NCBI GenBank assembly: GCA_964611355.1
Contig: CAZSYD010000013.1
Span: 1-57,243 of the forward strand
Direction: 5' to 3'
Source: an uncultured Ignavibacteriales bacterium
GTDB lineage: Bacteria > Zixibacteria > MSB-5A5 > GN15 > JAAZOE01
DNA: 57,243 bases
The notes under the pieces were generated by a model. The model worked only from the letters and a program-made list of their open reading frames with translations, searched no databases and had not been told where the DNA came from. Made by a program: the position numbers and the translations under genes. Below, in pieces: positions 39,598 through 48,826 of this stretch (positions within the stretch are counted from its first letter, which is position 1; each line of letters starts with the position of its first letter).

Positions 39598-40668
39598 ATG
39601 ACAGACGGAAGAAAAGACAGAGAGATTAAACTGACTGCGCAAGTTTCGTGTGCCGGTTGAGCTGCCAAGGTCGGCCCGGCGGCGCTGGGCGAGCTCCTGA
39701 AGCGGTTTGTTCCGCCGACGTCGGATAAGCTCCTGGTCGGCATTGAGGGCGTCGACGATGCGGGGGTGTATCAACTTACCGATGATACGGCGCTGGTGCA
39801 GTCGGTCGATTTTTTCCCGCCGATTGTTGATGATCCGTATGTTTTTGGGCAGGTGGCGGCGGCCAACGCCTTGTCGGACGTTTATGCCATGGGCGGCCGT
39901 CCGCTTACGGCGCTCAACGTTCTCTGTTTCCCGGTAAAAATGCCGTTGGAACAGGTCGGCGATATCCTGCGGGGCGGAGCCGATAAGGTCGCTGAAGCGG
40001 GAGCTATTATTGTCGGCGGGCACAGTATTAAAGACGACGAAGTAAAATACGGCCTGGCCGTTACAGGTCTGATTCATCCCGGAAAAATCATAACCAACAG
40101 TGGTGCCAAACCTGGCGACCGTCTTATCCTCACCAAACCGCTTGGAACCGGGATAATTGCTACTGCGGTTAAAAAGAACAAGGCCGAACCGGAGCAGGCA
40201 GAAAAACTGAACGAGAGCATGGCGGCCCTGAATAACATTGCCGGTGAGTCAATGATCGAATTCGGGGTTCACGCCGCCACCGATGTAACCGGCTTCGGGC
40301 TGGCCGGTCATGCCTATGAAATGGCCAACGGTTCGGGCGTTTCGATTGAAATCATTTTTGAACGGCTGAGATTATTGCCGGGTGCGATTGCCCACGCTCA
40401 GGCCGGAGCGCTCACCCCCGGCGGCAATGCTAATCAATGTTTCCTTGAAAATAAAGTTGAGTTCGCATCATCGTTCGGAAAATATGTTTATGATATTGTG
40501 TACGACGCCCAGACTTCCGGCGGACTGCTGATGGCTTTGCCGGAAGATCGGGCCGATGATTTCCTGAATTTTCTGAGGGAGCGAAACGTCGAAGCGGTCG
40601 AAGTCGGGAAGGTTATCCCGCCGATCAGGCCTGATCGGCGCGACCGGACGTTTATATTTATAAAATAG
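39598..40668 (+). CDS. selD: Selenide, water dikinase (selenophosphate synthetase), selenocysteine-containing
   Basis: ATG 39598 reads MTDGRKDREIKLTAQVSCAG-TGA(39658)-AAKVGP in frame with the ORF-track fragment (DDAGV, VDFF.P.VDDP, ANALSDVYAMGG, LTKPLGTG, DVTGFGLAGH, QTSGGLL). Confidence 0.95.
39658..39697 (+). promoter_or_regulatory. Bacterial SECIS-like hairpin after the Sec UGA
   Basis: Stem GCCCGGC / GCTGGGC (39674-39690) with a G-containing loop, starting 13 nt after the UGA; lower stem GAGCT/AGCTC. Confidence 0.7.
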
Positions 40669-40745
40669 AAATTCCGCGATTTTCATAATATCGCTAAAAG
40701 CCAAATCGCTTTACAAGCTATCGTGATACGAGTAAATTGAATATA

Positions 40746-42641
40746 ATGTCCGACAATTATTCCGGCAAAAAATATATAACGGCCGCCCTTGGCATGGCTG
40801 CGGCGTTTTCGGGACTGTTTATCATCCTCGGTTTCCTGCCGGAAAATCCATGGTGGGGAATTAATCATCTTTCTTATTACCCGTTATATGGCCGGGTGAT
40901 ATTTGCTGTGTTGATAATATCGGCGTTTTTACCGCCTGTCCGGAAGCTGTTTCGGGCGGCGCTCGACGGAATGGCGACCGTTCCGGCAAAAGTCGCTGTT
41001 CCGACGGCGCTTATTACATCGGCCCTGTTTTTTATCCTGTTTCGGATAAGAGTTCATTCCCTGGGAGACAGTTATCTCCGGGCTAATGAGATCGTCAACG
41101 GCAAGTGGTATCAGCCCACCAAACTGCTTGATTTTCTCGTTCATGCCGCGCTGTATCATCTTCTGAATTTGATTGTCGCGGTTGACGCCATGACCGTCAT
41201 CGCGGCCGCCAGCGTCGTCGCCGGAATCGTTTTTGTTTTCCTGCTTTTTCGCACGGCGCCGTATTCCGGCTGGAAAAAAAACATGTTGGTGACAGCCGTT
41301 TTGTCGCTCGGATGCAGCCAACTGTTTTTCGGGTATGTGGAATCGTACACCTTATTGTATCTTTTTGCCGTCTGGTATTTATTTTTGGTCTTTGGGAGGG
41401 ACGGATATCAGGTAAGCTTTGGTCTTTTGACCCTGGTTTATCTTCTGGCCGGTCTGTCGCATCAGGTCGGCATTATTCTGCTTCTGCCTTCATACCTTTA
41501 CCTGGGATACCAAAGATATAAAACACATGCCGCCAAAGCGCTGATACTGTCATCAGTATTGCTGGTATCGTTTTTGCCTTTTCTGGTTACCGGGTTTATC
41601 AACAGGGTATCGGGTTCTGAAGGATACAGGGGGTTGACCGATTATCTTCTGCCGCTTGTTGATGAGACCTACGGCGTTCTTACGCCGCTTCATCTGTTTG
41701 ATATCTTGAATCAGTTCTTACTGGTAGCTCCGGTGGCGATAATACTTTTGCCGTTTATGCCTTATGCCGTCAGGTCCGGACAGCGTCGGCTGGTGGCGTT
41801 GCTTTTGATTATTCCATCTTTGCTGTTTATCTTTCTTTTTAATCCCGAACTGACCATGGTCCGCGACTGGGACCTGTTTTCCCTGCCGGTTGCGACGGTG
41901 GCCATACCCTTTCTGATACTGATCTTTGACGGCCTGCAGGAGAAAAGTCAGGCGGTTGCGGAACGCCTGACCGGCGTGGCGCTGGTGGCGATAATTATCC
42001 TGGCCTCCTGGGTGCTGCTTAATAATTACACGTCCGGGCATTTGAAACGGGCCGAACATGTGATCGATACGGCCGTCAAGGGGCAGCGATACGGGTATGA
42101 AAACCTGGCCAATTATTATGACCGGCAAGCGGATTATGAGAACGAATTGCGTGTCCTGATGAAGATAAAACCCCGGGATCGCACACCGCGGGTTTATGGA
42201 GAGCTGGCCCAGATGTTCTGGGTGCTGGGTCGGCTTGACGAAGCCTATGAATATGCTCAGCAGGGCGTGCGCATGCCGCGCCCCAGGAAAATAAACGCCT
42301 TTATGGCCGGTGTGACGGCGTATGATAAGGGGAAATACCTGGAAGCAATCCGCTGTTTCAGGGGTGTAATGACTCTTGATCGGGACGATTTTCAGGTCCT
42401 CTGGAGGCTTGGCGAATCGCTGGTGCGGGTCGATTCGCTCGATGAAGCAATAGCCGTTTATAATCATGCTCTCGCATTGGATCGTTCTAATGCATTCTTC
42501 TGTTTTGGTCTGGCCGGCGCCTACTATCGGAAAGGAGCATACGACAAGGCGGAAGAGTTTTGTCGAGAAGGCTTGCGTCTTAATCCCGACGCTTCCGGGG
42601 GAAAGGCGCTCTGGGAGTCGATCCAAAATAAAAAGCGGTAA
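40746..42641 (+). CDS. Polytopic membrane protein with C-terminal TPRs; putative GT-C glycosyltransferase (paralog 1)
   Basis: About 12-13 TM segments, loop HSLGDSY, FFGYVESYTL, RDWDLFS, then several TPRs. Confidence 0.65.
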   Translation: MSDNYSGKKYITAALGMAAAFSGLFIILGFLPENPWWGINHLSYYPLYGRVIFAVLIISAFLPPVRKLFRAALDGMATVPAKVAVPTALITSALFFILFRIRVHSLGDSYLRANEIVNGKWYQPTKLLDFLVHAALYHLLNLIVAVDAMTVIAAASVVAGIVFVFLLFRTAPYSGWKKNMLVTAVLSLGCSQLFFGYVESYTLLYLFAVWYLFLVFGRDGYQVSFGLLTLVYLLAGLSHQVGIILLLPSYLYLGYQRYKTHAAKALILSSVLLVSFLPFLVTGFINRVSGSEGYRGLTDYLLPLVDETYGVLTPLHLFDILNQFLLVAPVAIILLPFMPYAVRSGQRRLVALLLIIPSLLFIFLFNPELTMVRDWDLFSLPVATVAIPFLILIFDGLQEKSQAVAERLTGVALVAIIILASWVLLNNYTSGHLKRAEHVIDTAVKGQRYGYENLANYYDRQADYENELRVLMKIKPRDRTPRVYGELAQMFWVLGRLDEAYEYAQQGVRMPRPRKINAFMAGVTAYDKGKYLEAIRCFRGVMTLDRDDFQVLWRLGESLVRVDSLDEAIAVYNHALALDRSNAFFCFGLAGAYYRKGAYDKAEEFCREGLRLNPDASGGKALWESIQNKKR

Positions 42642-42658
42642 TCGAAACAGTTATATCG

Positions 42659-44560
42659 ATGGATACACTAATGAGTGGCGGGATTCACAAATCGGTTTTT
42701 GCGCTTTCGACAGGGCTGGCTGCCGTTTTCATCGCTTTTGGCTGGCTGCCGGATAACCCGTGGTGGGGAATCAACCACCTCTCATTTTATTCTCTTTGGG
42801 TCCGGACAGTTTTTTCTCTACTGGCCATTCTTGCGCTTCTGCCGCCGGTCTGGAAGATGGTCCGGGCAACCATAAGGAGACTTGGCTCCCTGCCGGGCGC
42901 ATTCAAAGATTCTCTGCTGCTTTTGATCCTGGCCGGGCTGCTTATCTTTTTGCGGGTGGCGGTTCATTCACTGGGAGACGGTTACCAGCGGTCGTATGAA
43001 ATCGAATATAATTACTTCTATCGCGCCACCGAAATGCTCGACTTTTTCATTCACGCCGTGGTGTATCATCTGGTAAACCTGTTTGGCGATTTCAAGGCCG
43101 CCACCGCCATGGCGGGCACCAGCATTATCGCCGGTGTTGCTTTTGTCTATATGCTCTTTCGTATGACGCCCTTTTCCGGCTGGAAAAGATACCTGCTTAT
43201 AATGGTAATCCTTTCCCTGGGAAGCAGCCAGCTTTTCTTCGGCTACGTCGAATCATACACACTGCTTTATCTTTTTGCAGTCTGGTACCTTTTTTTGGCT
43301 TTTCGTCCCGAGGGCAAGGAAGCCGGGTTTGGCCTTTTGACCATCATCTATCTTCTCGCCGGATTTTCGCACATGGCCGGAATCATTCTAATCGTATCAT
43401 ACATATTTCTGGCCAATGATAAATTCGGCGCTCATCCCAAAAGATTATTGATATTGCCGGGTCTGCTGGTAGTCTCGCTCCTGCCGCTCTTAATACCTGC
43501 CGGTCTCAGCCGTCTGCTTGGCGTGGAAGAGACAAGGACGCTGTCAGGGTATTTTTTGCCGATAGTCGATGAAACTTATGGCGTTATCTCACCCTTGCAT
43601 CTGTTTGACATTCTTAATCAGTTTTTACTTGTGGCGCCGGTGGGCCTGATGATTCTGCCTTTTCTCCCCCGTATAATAAGGCCGAGTAAACGGCGGCTTC
43701 TGGCATGGTCAATGTTTCTCCCCGCCGGTTTGTTTATTCTGCTTTTTAATCCGGAACTGACCATGGCGCGGGATTGGGATCTTCTTTCCGTTCCAATGGC
43801 AATATGTATAATTCCATTCTTTTTTGTAATTTTTGAGTCATTGGCCGATGACAGTCAGGCCGCTTTGCTGAGGCTGACCAGCCTTCCGTTGATAGCCATA
43901 GTAATTACGAGTTCCTGGGTAATGCTGAACAATCACACCCGAGGCCATCTGCGGCGGGCGGAGTATATTCTCGATCACGCCGTTAAAAACAAATGTTACG
44001 GTTGTGAGTTGTTGGCTTATTATTACGCATCGCACGACGACCACGAAAATGAACTGCGGGTGCTTCAGAAAATCGACCCGGCGGAACGAACGGCGCGTGT
44101 TTACGGCAAAATATCGCAGGACCTCTATATTCTGGGGCATCGTGACGAAGCTTACCAGATGGCGCAAACCGGGGTTAATATGGAGAATCGAACCAACCTG
44201 AACGCGGTGATGGCTGGCGTAACGGCTTTCGAAAGGGGAGAATATAATAAAGCGATTTACTTTCTCCGCGTCTCATCGGTAATGGTTCCCGACGATCTTC
44301 ACAGCTTATGCAAACTCGGCGACGCCCTGTTTATGGCCGATTCGCTGGAAGAAGCGATACAGGTTTTCAGCAAGGCGATGGCGCTTGATCGAGACGAAGC
44401 CCGGCCGTATATCGGGCTGGCTTCTGTTTATTATAAAGAGGGTAAGTACGATCTGGCGGCAAGATTCTGCCGGGAAGGGCTGGCGCGCGATCGCTATTAC
44501 GCCGGCGGAAAAGAACTTTTGGACAGACTCCGGAAACTTGAACGGGATTCGCAGCGTTAA
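42659..44560 (+). CDS. Polytopic membrane protein with C-terminal TPRs; putative GT-C glycosyltransferase (paralog 2)
   Basis: Same architecture and shared blocks: NPWWGINHLS, HSLGDGY, SQLFFGYVESYTLLYLFAVWYLFL, LHLFDILNQFLLVAPV, LFNPELTM.RDWDL. Confidence 0.65.
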   Translation: MDTLMSGGIHKSVFALSTGLAAVFIAFGWLPDNPWWGINHLSFYSLWVRTVFSLLAILALLPPVWKMVRATIRRLGSLPGAFKDSLLLLILAGLLIFLRVAVHSLGDGYQRSYEIEYNYFYRATEMLDFFIHAVVYHLVNLFGDFKAATAMAGTSIIAGVAFVYMLFRMTPFSGWKRYLLIMVILSLGSSQLFFGYVESYTLLYLFAVWYLFLAFRPEGKEAGFGLLTIIYLLAGFSHMAGIILIVSYIFLANDKFGAHPKRLLILPGLLVVSLLPLLIPAGLSRLLGVEETRTLSGYFLPIVDETYGVISPLHLFDILNQFLLVAPVGLMILPFLPRIIRPSKRRLLAWSMFLPAGLFILLFNPELTMARDWDLLSVPMAICIIPFFFVIFESLADDSQAALLRLTSLPLIAIVITSSWVMLNNHTRGHLRRAEYILDHAVKNKCYGCELLAYYYASHDDHENELRVLQKIDPAERTARVYGKISQDLYILGHRDEAYQMAQTGVNMENRTNLNAVMAGVTAFERGEYNKAIYFLRVSSVMVPDDLHSLCKLGDALFMADSLEEAIQVFSKAMALDRDEARPYIGLASVYYKEGKYDLAARFCREGLARDRYYAGGKELLDRLRKLERDSQR

Positions 44561-44670
44561 TGGGGTCGAACATCTTTGAACCGATTGATATGGTCCGCTT
44601 GCGATGCTTTTCAGGTTACCGCCTTCGAATACTTTGAAAGCGATTATTTATTGGCTATATTGGCTCATTC

Positions 44671-46188
44671 ATGAAACGCCAGTTTGCCAAAAACCTGAGT
44701 ACAAACTGGGCGGTTTATCTGATCGCCGCGGTAATATCGTTTTTTCTTACTCCTTATATCATCGGCAAACTGGGCCAGGCGGCGTTCGGGGTCTGGATAC
44801 TGGTCGGGTCGTTTTCCGGGTATCTGGGCCTTTTTGATTTCGGGATCGGTTTTGCCGTGGTTCGGTTTGTCGCCCGGTACCAGAAAACCGGCGAGACAGA
44901 AAAACGCAATGAAGTGGTCGCCACCGCGTTTTATATCGCTTCCCTTATGGCTCTTTTGGTCATGGCGGCCACGATATTTATCATGGCGAATGCCGCCGCC
45001 TTTTTTGATATCCCGGCCGATCTGGTCGGCCAGTCGCGAACGGTTATCTTCTTAATCGGTCTGAGCATCGCTTTGGGTTTTCCGCTGTCGATTTTTTCCG
45101 AAGCCCTGGCCGGCGGTTTGTACCGCTTTGACCTGTTCAACACGGTTTCGATTCTAATGGCGCTGTTTCGTACGGCTCTTACGGTCGCCTTTTTGGAACT
45201 GGGGTTCGGACTGACCGGACTGGGCGTTGCCGCGCTGGCGGCTTCGTTTATCGGTTACCTCTGGCGAATGCGAACGCTTTTTTCGCTTCTGCCCGATCTG
45301 TCGATTCATCCCCGGCTGATAAAACGGTCCGTTCTCACCAGCGTTGGCGATTACTCGTTTTTCTCGTTTTTGCTGGTTCTTTCCGGTCGCATAGCATTCT
45401 ACTCCGATTCGTTCATTGTCGGGTTCTTTCGCGGGATCGAGGACGTGGCGGTCTTCGGCATCGCCGTCAAACTGGTTGAATATCTTCGGCAGTTGGTTTT
45501 TACCCTGACCCGGCTGTTTGTGCCGGTGGCCTCACGCTACGATCCCGACGCCGATCAGGCGACTCTGCGGCGTATTTTCTATGACGGCAGCCGGTTGAGC
45601 CTTTTGTTTTCCCTGCCGCTGTCGTTGGTTCTTTTTTTATGGGGAGGGAGGTTTATAAGGCTCTGGGTCGGTCACGATTTCGACTATTCGATAGTTATCC
45701 TGCAGATTTTGCTGATCGGTCATCTGCTTTCTTTTATTCAGGGTATCGGCGGCGAGATACTACTCGGGGTCGGGCGGCACCGCTTTTTTGCGATGTTGTC
45801 GCTGGTTGGCGCCGTGGTCAATATCGTTTTATCAATTATCCTGATTCAGAAGGTCGGCCTGATCGGCGTGGCCTGGGGCACGACAATTCCACTGGCCGCC
45901 TTATCGTTATTCTATCTCCCGTGGGCGACGATCAGGCTGGTCGGCGGAGGGCTGACAGCGTTTATCACACAGGCAATCGGACCGGCGATAACGGCGGCGA
46001 TATTGCCCGGCCTGGTCATATATTGGTGTGCAGGAAAGATAGACGGCTTTTATTCGCTGGCCGCCTGTCTGGTTCCGGTTGGGTTTGTCTATTTGCCGTC
46101 AATCTATTTTCTGGGATTGAAGAGACATGAACGGGATAAAATCCGGTCGATATTCCGCAAAAAACCGAAAAGTTTTGACTTGACTTGA
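44671..46188 (+). CDS. Oligosaccharide flippase (Wzx/PST, MOP superfamily)
   Basis: TPYII.KLG...FG.W, DFGI..AVVRFVA, D..IVG.F.G, about 14 TM segments. Confidence 0.88.
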   Translation: MKRQFAKNLSTNWAVYLIAAVISFFLTPYIIGKLGQAAFGVWILVGSFSGYLGLFDFGIGFAVVRFVARYQKTGETEKRNEVVATAFYIASLMALLVMAATIFIMANAAAFFDIPADLVGQSRTVIFLIGLSIALGFPLSIFSEALAGGLYRFDLFNTVSILMALFRTALTVAFLELGFGLTGLGVAALAASFIGYLWRMRTLFSLLPDLSIHPRLIKRSVLTSVGDYSFFSFLLVLSGRIAFYSDSFIVGFFRGIEDVAVFGIAVKLVEYLRQLVFTLTRLFVPVASRYDPDADQATLRRIFYDGSRLSLLFSLPLSLVLFLWGGRFIRLWVGHDFDYSIVILQILLIGHLLSFIQGIGGEILLGVGRHRFFAMLSLVGAVVNIVLSIILIQKVGLIGVAWGTTIPLAALSLFYLPWATIRLVGGGLTAFITQAIGPAITAAILPGLVIYWCAGKIDGFYSLAACLVPVGFVYLPSIYFLGLKRHERDKIRSIFRKKPKSFDLT

Positions 46189-46253
46189 ATATCTCCCAGG
46201 GGCAACTTTAGATATTATATATAAAGGGGATTTTAATCGAAAGGAGAGGAAGT

Positions 46254-46616
46254 ATGAAAGCATGGAAACTATTGGCGGTATTTATCTTTTCCGTCGCTCT
46301 GGTAACGCTGATCGGGTGCGGCAAGGCCGAAGAACAACCGGCCCAAAAAGCCGAACCCGAACCGGTTCCGGTTGAAAAGACAATCGCCGATTACACCCCG
46401 ACCGGCGAAGATATCGGTACGGAGGCGGCTTGTGCGGTGTGCGGTACGACCCTGAAGGTATCCGAGACCACCCAGGCCGTCGTCTATGATAATGCAGTAT
46501 ATTACTTCTGCACCGCTGAAGAAAAGGCTGCTTTTGCGGCCAATCCGGAAAAATACGTGACTGGCGTAGAGGAGGTCGGCACCGAAGCCGAGCCGGAGGG
46601 GGAAACCGGGAATTAA
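46254..46616 (+). CDS. YHS/TRASH-domain lipoprotein
   Basis: Lipobox LIGC; CAVCG...YYFCT...F.ANPEKY; AGGAG RBS. Confidence 0.85.
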   Translation: MKAWKLLAVFIFSVALVTLIGCGKAEEQPAQKAEPEPVPVEKTIADYTPTGEDIGTEAACAVCGTTLKVSETTQAVVYDNAVYYFCTAEEKAAFAANPEKYVTGVEEVGTEAEPEGETGN

Positions 46617-46642
46617 TTTGCGCTGTTCAATGTCTGATCATC

Positions 46643-46688
46643 AAATACACAATTTGCAATTATTTGCAGATTGTGTATTTTCTCTTTA
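46643..46688 (+). terminator. Inverted repeat, probable terminator
   Basis: AAATACACAATTTGCAA / TTGCAGATTGTGTATTT stem followed by a T-rich tail. Confidence 0.7.
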
Positions 46689-46802
46689 TTTCGGCCATAC
46701 GGCAAGGAAAGAAGACTTCAATCCCTAAAGGCTTATCAAAAATGATATCCTGAATGAGTTATAAAAGCAGGCGCAAAAAAGGACAAATAATCTCCTGTAT
46801 AT

Positions 46803-46819
46803 CGGCACAGGCTTTGCTT
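46803..46819 (+). promoter_or_regulatory. Candidate sigma54 (-24/-12) promoter
   Basis: CGGCACAGGCTTTGCTT with correct GG-N10-GC spacing (GG 46804-05, GC 46816-17). Confidence 0.5.
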
Positions 46820-46912
46820 TTTACGGCCTTGCGTGCTTGAGGTACGGATATTAATTGAGCTGGAAATGCCATAGATGACAATAAAATTCGGCGAAAAAAG
46901 GAAAGAAATCGG

Positions 46913-46941
46913 TTGACAACTTACCAGACGGCATATATATT
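46913..46941 (+). promoter_or_regulatory. Near-consensus sigma70 promoter for the cohesin-dockerin cluster
   Basis: TTGACA (46913-18)-N17-TATATT (46936-41). Confidence 0.7.
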
Positions 46942-47233
46942 ACAATTGATGCGACGGCGATTTTCTACACGTTGATCTACAAACTATTAGACGGGTGTTA
47001 GTCTCCTTAAGGTATTGTTCAAGAGCGTGAGATTCGGTAAAGGTTAAGTTGCTTCAGTTTTGCGCCGGCTTGAAGAGTCTCCGGATGTCTGAAATAAGGG
47101 CATCAATTGACAGTCGAGCATTACGGCGAAGACCGAAGTCGGAACCGGAGAAAAGACGGAGGTGAGCGTCTGAAATCGCTAAGGGTAAGGTTGTCTGAGA
47201 CATGATTAAAAAACCCTTAAGGAGGAGTGTTCT

Positions 47234-48419
47234 AATGTCCTTCACCAGCCAGTCGCATAAGATACTTACGATCCTTGCTGCCGTGATTATAACGGCGGGG
47301 TTTGCATTATCAGTAGAGGCGGACGTGGCCGATGCTCCGGTTTTAACGTTGAGAATATCGGATACGACTGCAATGGAAAGCTCAGAAAATGCCTGGTTCA
47401 GCGTCTATTTTCAAAACCGGACCGACACGGTGGCGGGATTCTCGGTGATGGTTCAGCTTAATCGAATAGATATGGTCGAGTTCAAGACCGATACCGAGGA
47501 TACCCTGGTCGACACGGTCTGGCAGTACTGCGATGAATGGGAGGCGAGCGAGTGTATTCACTGGGTTGATACCACCATTATCGATACGGTTATTATCTCC
47601 AGCGCCATTGATACTGCCGGCAGTTTGATCTCGGGGTGGCAGTACGTAACCGCAAGGCCGGTGCTGGGGAGTAGATATGTTATCAAGGTAACCGGCCTGG
47701 CTGACAAAATGGGCCCGCCGACCCGTCCGGGATTGCTGCCGCAGACAGCCGAAGGACTTCTGTTCCGTTTGAAAGTACGCGTTTATGACAGCCTTGACGA
47801 ACCGCCGGATTCGATACCGCTTCCGGATTCGGTTATTTTGATTATTAATGAAGATTGCGGCGAAACCAGTTTTTCCGATCCCTCCGGCGAACATTTGATC
47901 GGGACGATTACCGAACACAACGTTTGCGATACAACGCTTCTGGAATGCCTTGAATGGGATGGCGAGGAATGTCTTGAATGGGATACCACCGATGTCTGGG
48001 AGGACGCCGATTCGATTATAATCGATACCTTCTGGGTTTACTGGTATTGCAACGAATATGACGAGAATGACAGTTGTATCCAATGGATTGATACCACCCA
48101 GCAGGCCGCCGAGTCGATCTGGATACATCAAAAACCGTGGACCAGGCGCGACACAACGGTAAGTTTCTACCACGACGGCAAACTGATGGTCCATTCGGCC
48201 AACGGCTGCCTGTGCGGGGACGCCAATAACGATGAGAATGTAAATATGGGCGATGCGGTTTTTCTTACGAACTTTGTATACAGGGACGGGCTGCCGCCGG
48301 AGCACCCGGAGTGCGCCGACATGAACCATAAAGACGGGCTGGTCAATATGGGCGATGTCGTCTATATGATCAATTTTGTATTTAGAGACGGGGAGCCCCC
48401 CGATTGCGTGGGGCCGTAA
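47234..48419 (+). CDS. Secreted protein: cohesin-like domain with Cys/Trp insertions + C-terminal dockerin
   Basis: AGGAGGA RBS and signal peptide. Cohesin-like strands (FSVYFQN..DTVAGFS, GLLFRL). Duplicated dockerin loops CGDANNDENVNMGDAVFL / ADMNHKDGLVNMGDVVYM. Confidence 0.8.
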
Positions 48420-48826
48420 TGGAAGCCTGCGGACGTCTTCCGATTACTGCGGTTGGAATAGAAACGAAGCGAAAAACATACCTCTCGCCAAACGAGAGGC
48501 CATATTGAGACTTAAGCGGCGCGAAGGTGAAAACACGCGGAGAAACGGATTAAATTTCGAAAATAAAAATCTCCAAAAAGGAGAGAAGTAACAATAACAT
48601 AATGCAGATGGAAGAACAGAAAGGAGGTATCACGCGCAAAGAGGTCTTTTCAAATTGACACGCGCTCAGAAGAGGGAATGAGGAAATCGTTCCTTGATGC
48701 GAACCGGAAATCTGTTTCGGAAGGCTCACCGAAATTTGAAGAAGGTTTGTCGTATGTTGCGAGTCGTTTTATCAACGACGAGAAACATGAAATCAAGCTT
48801 CTTAATAGGTAATGAAGGAGCACAAT

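Noticed and set aside
39598..39765. selD as a pseudogene with a premature stop
   Set aside because: The TGA falls at the catalytic Cys/Sec position and is followed by a SECIS-like hairpin.
41718..48329. Long antisense ORFs 41718-42626 and 47382-48329
   Set aside because: Shadows of well-supported plus-strand genes.
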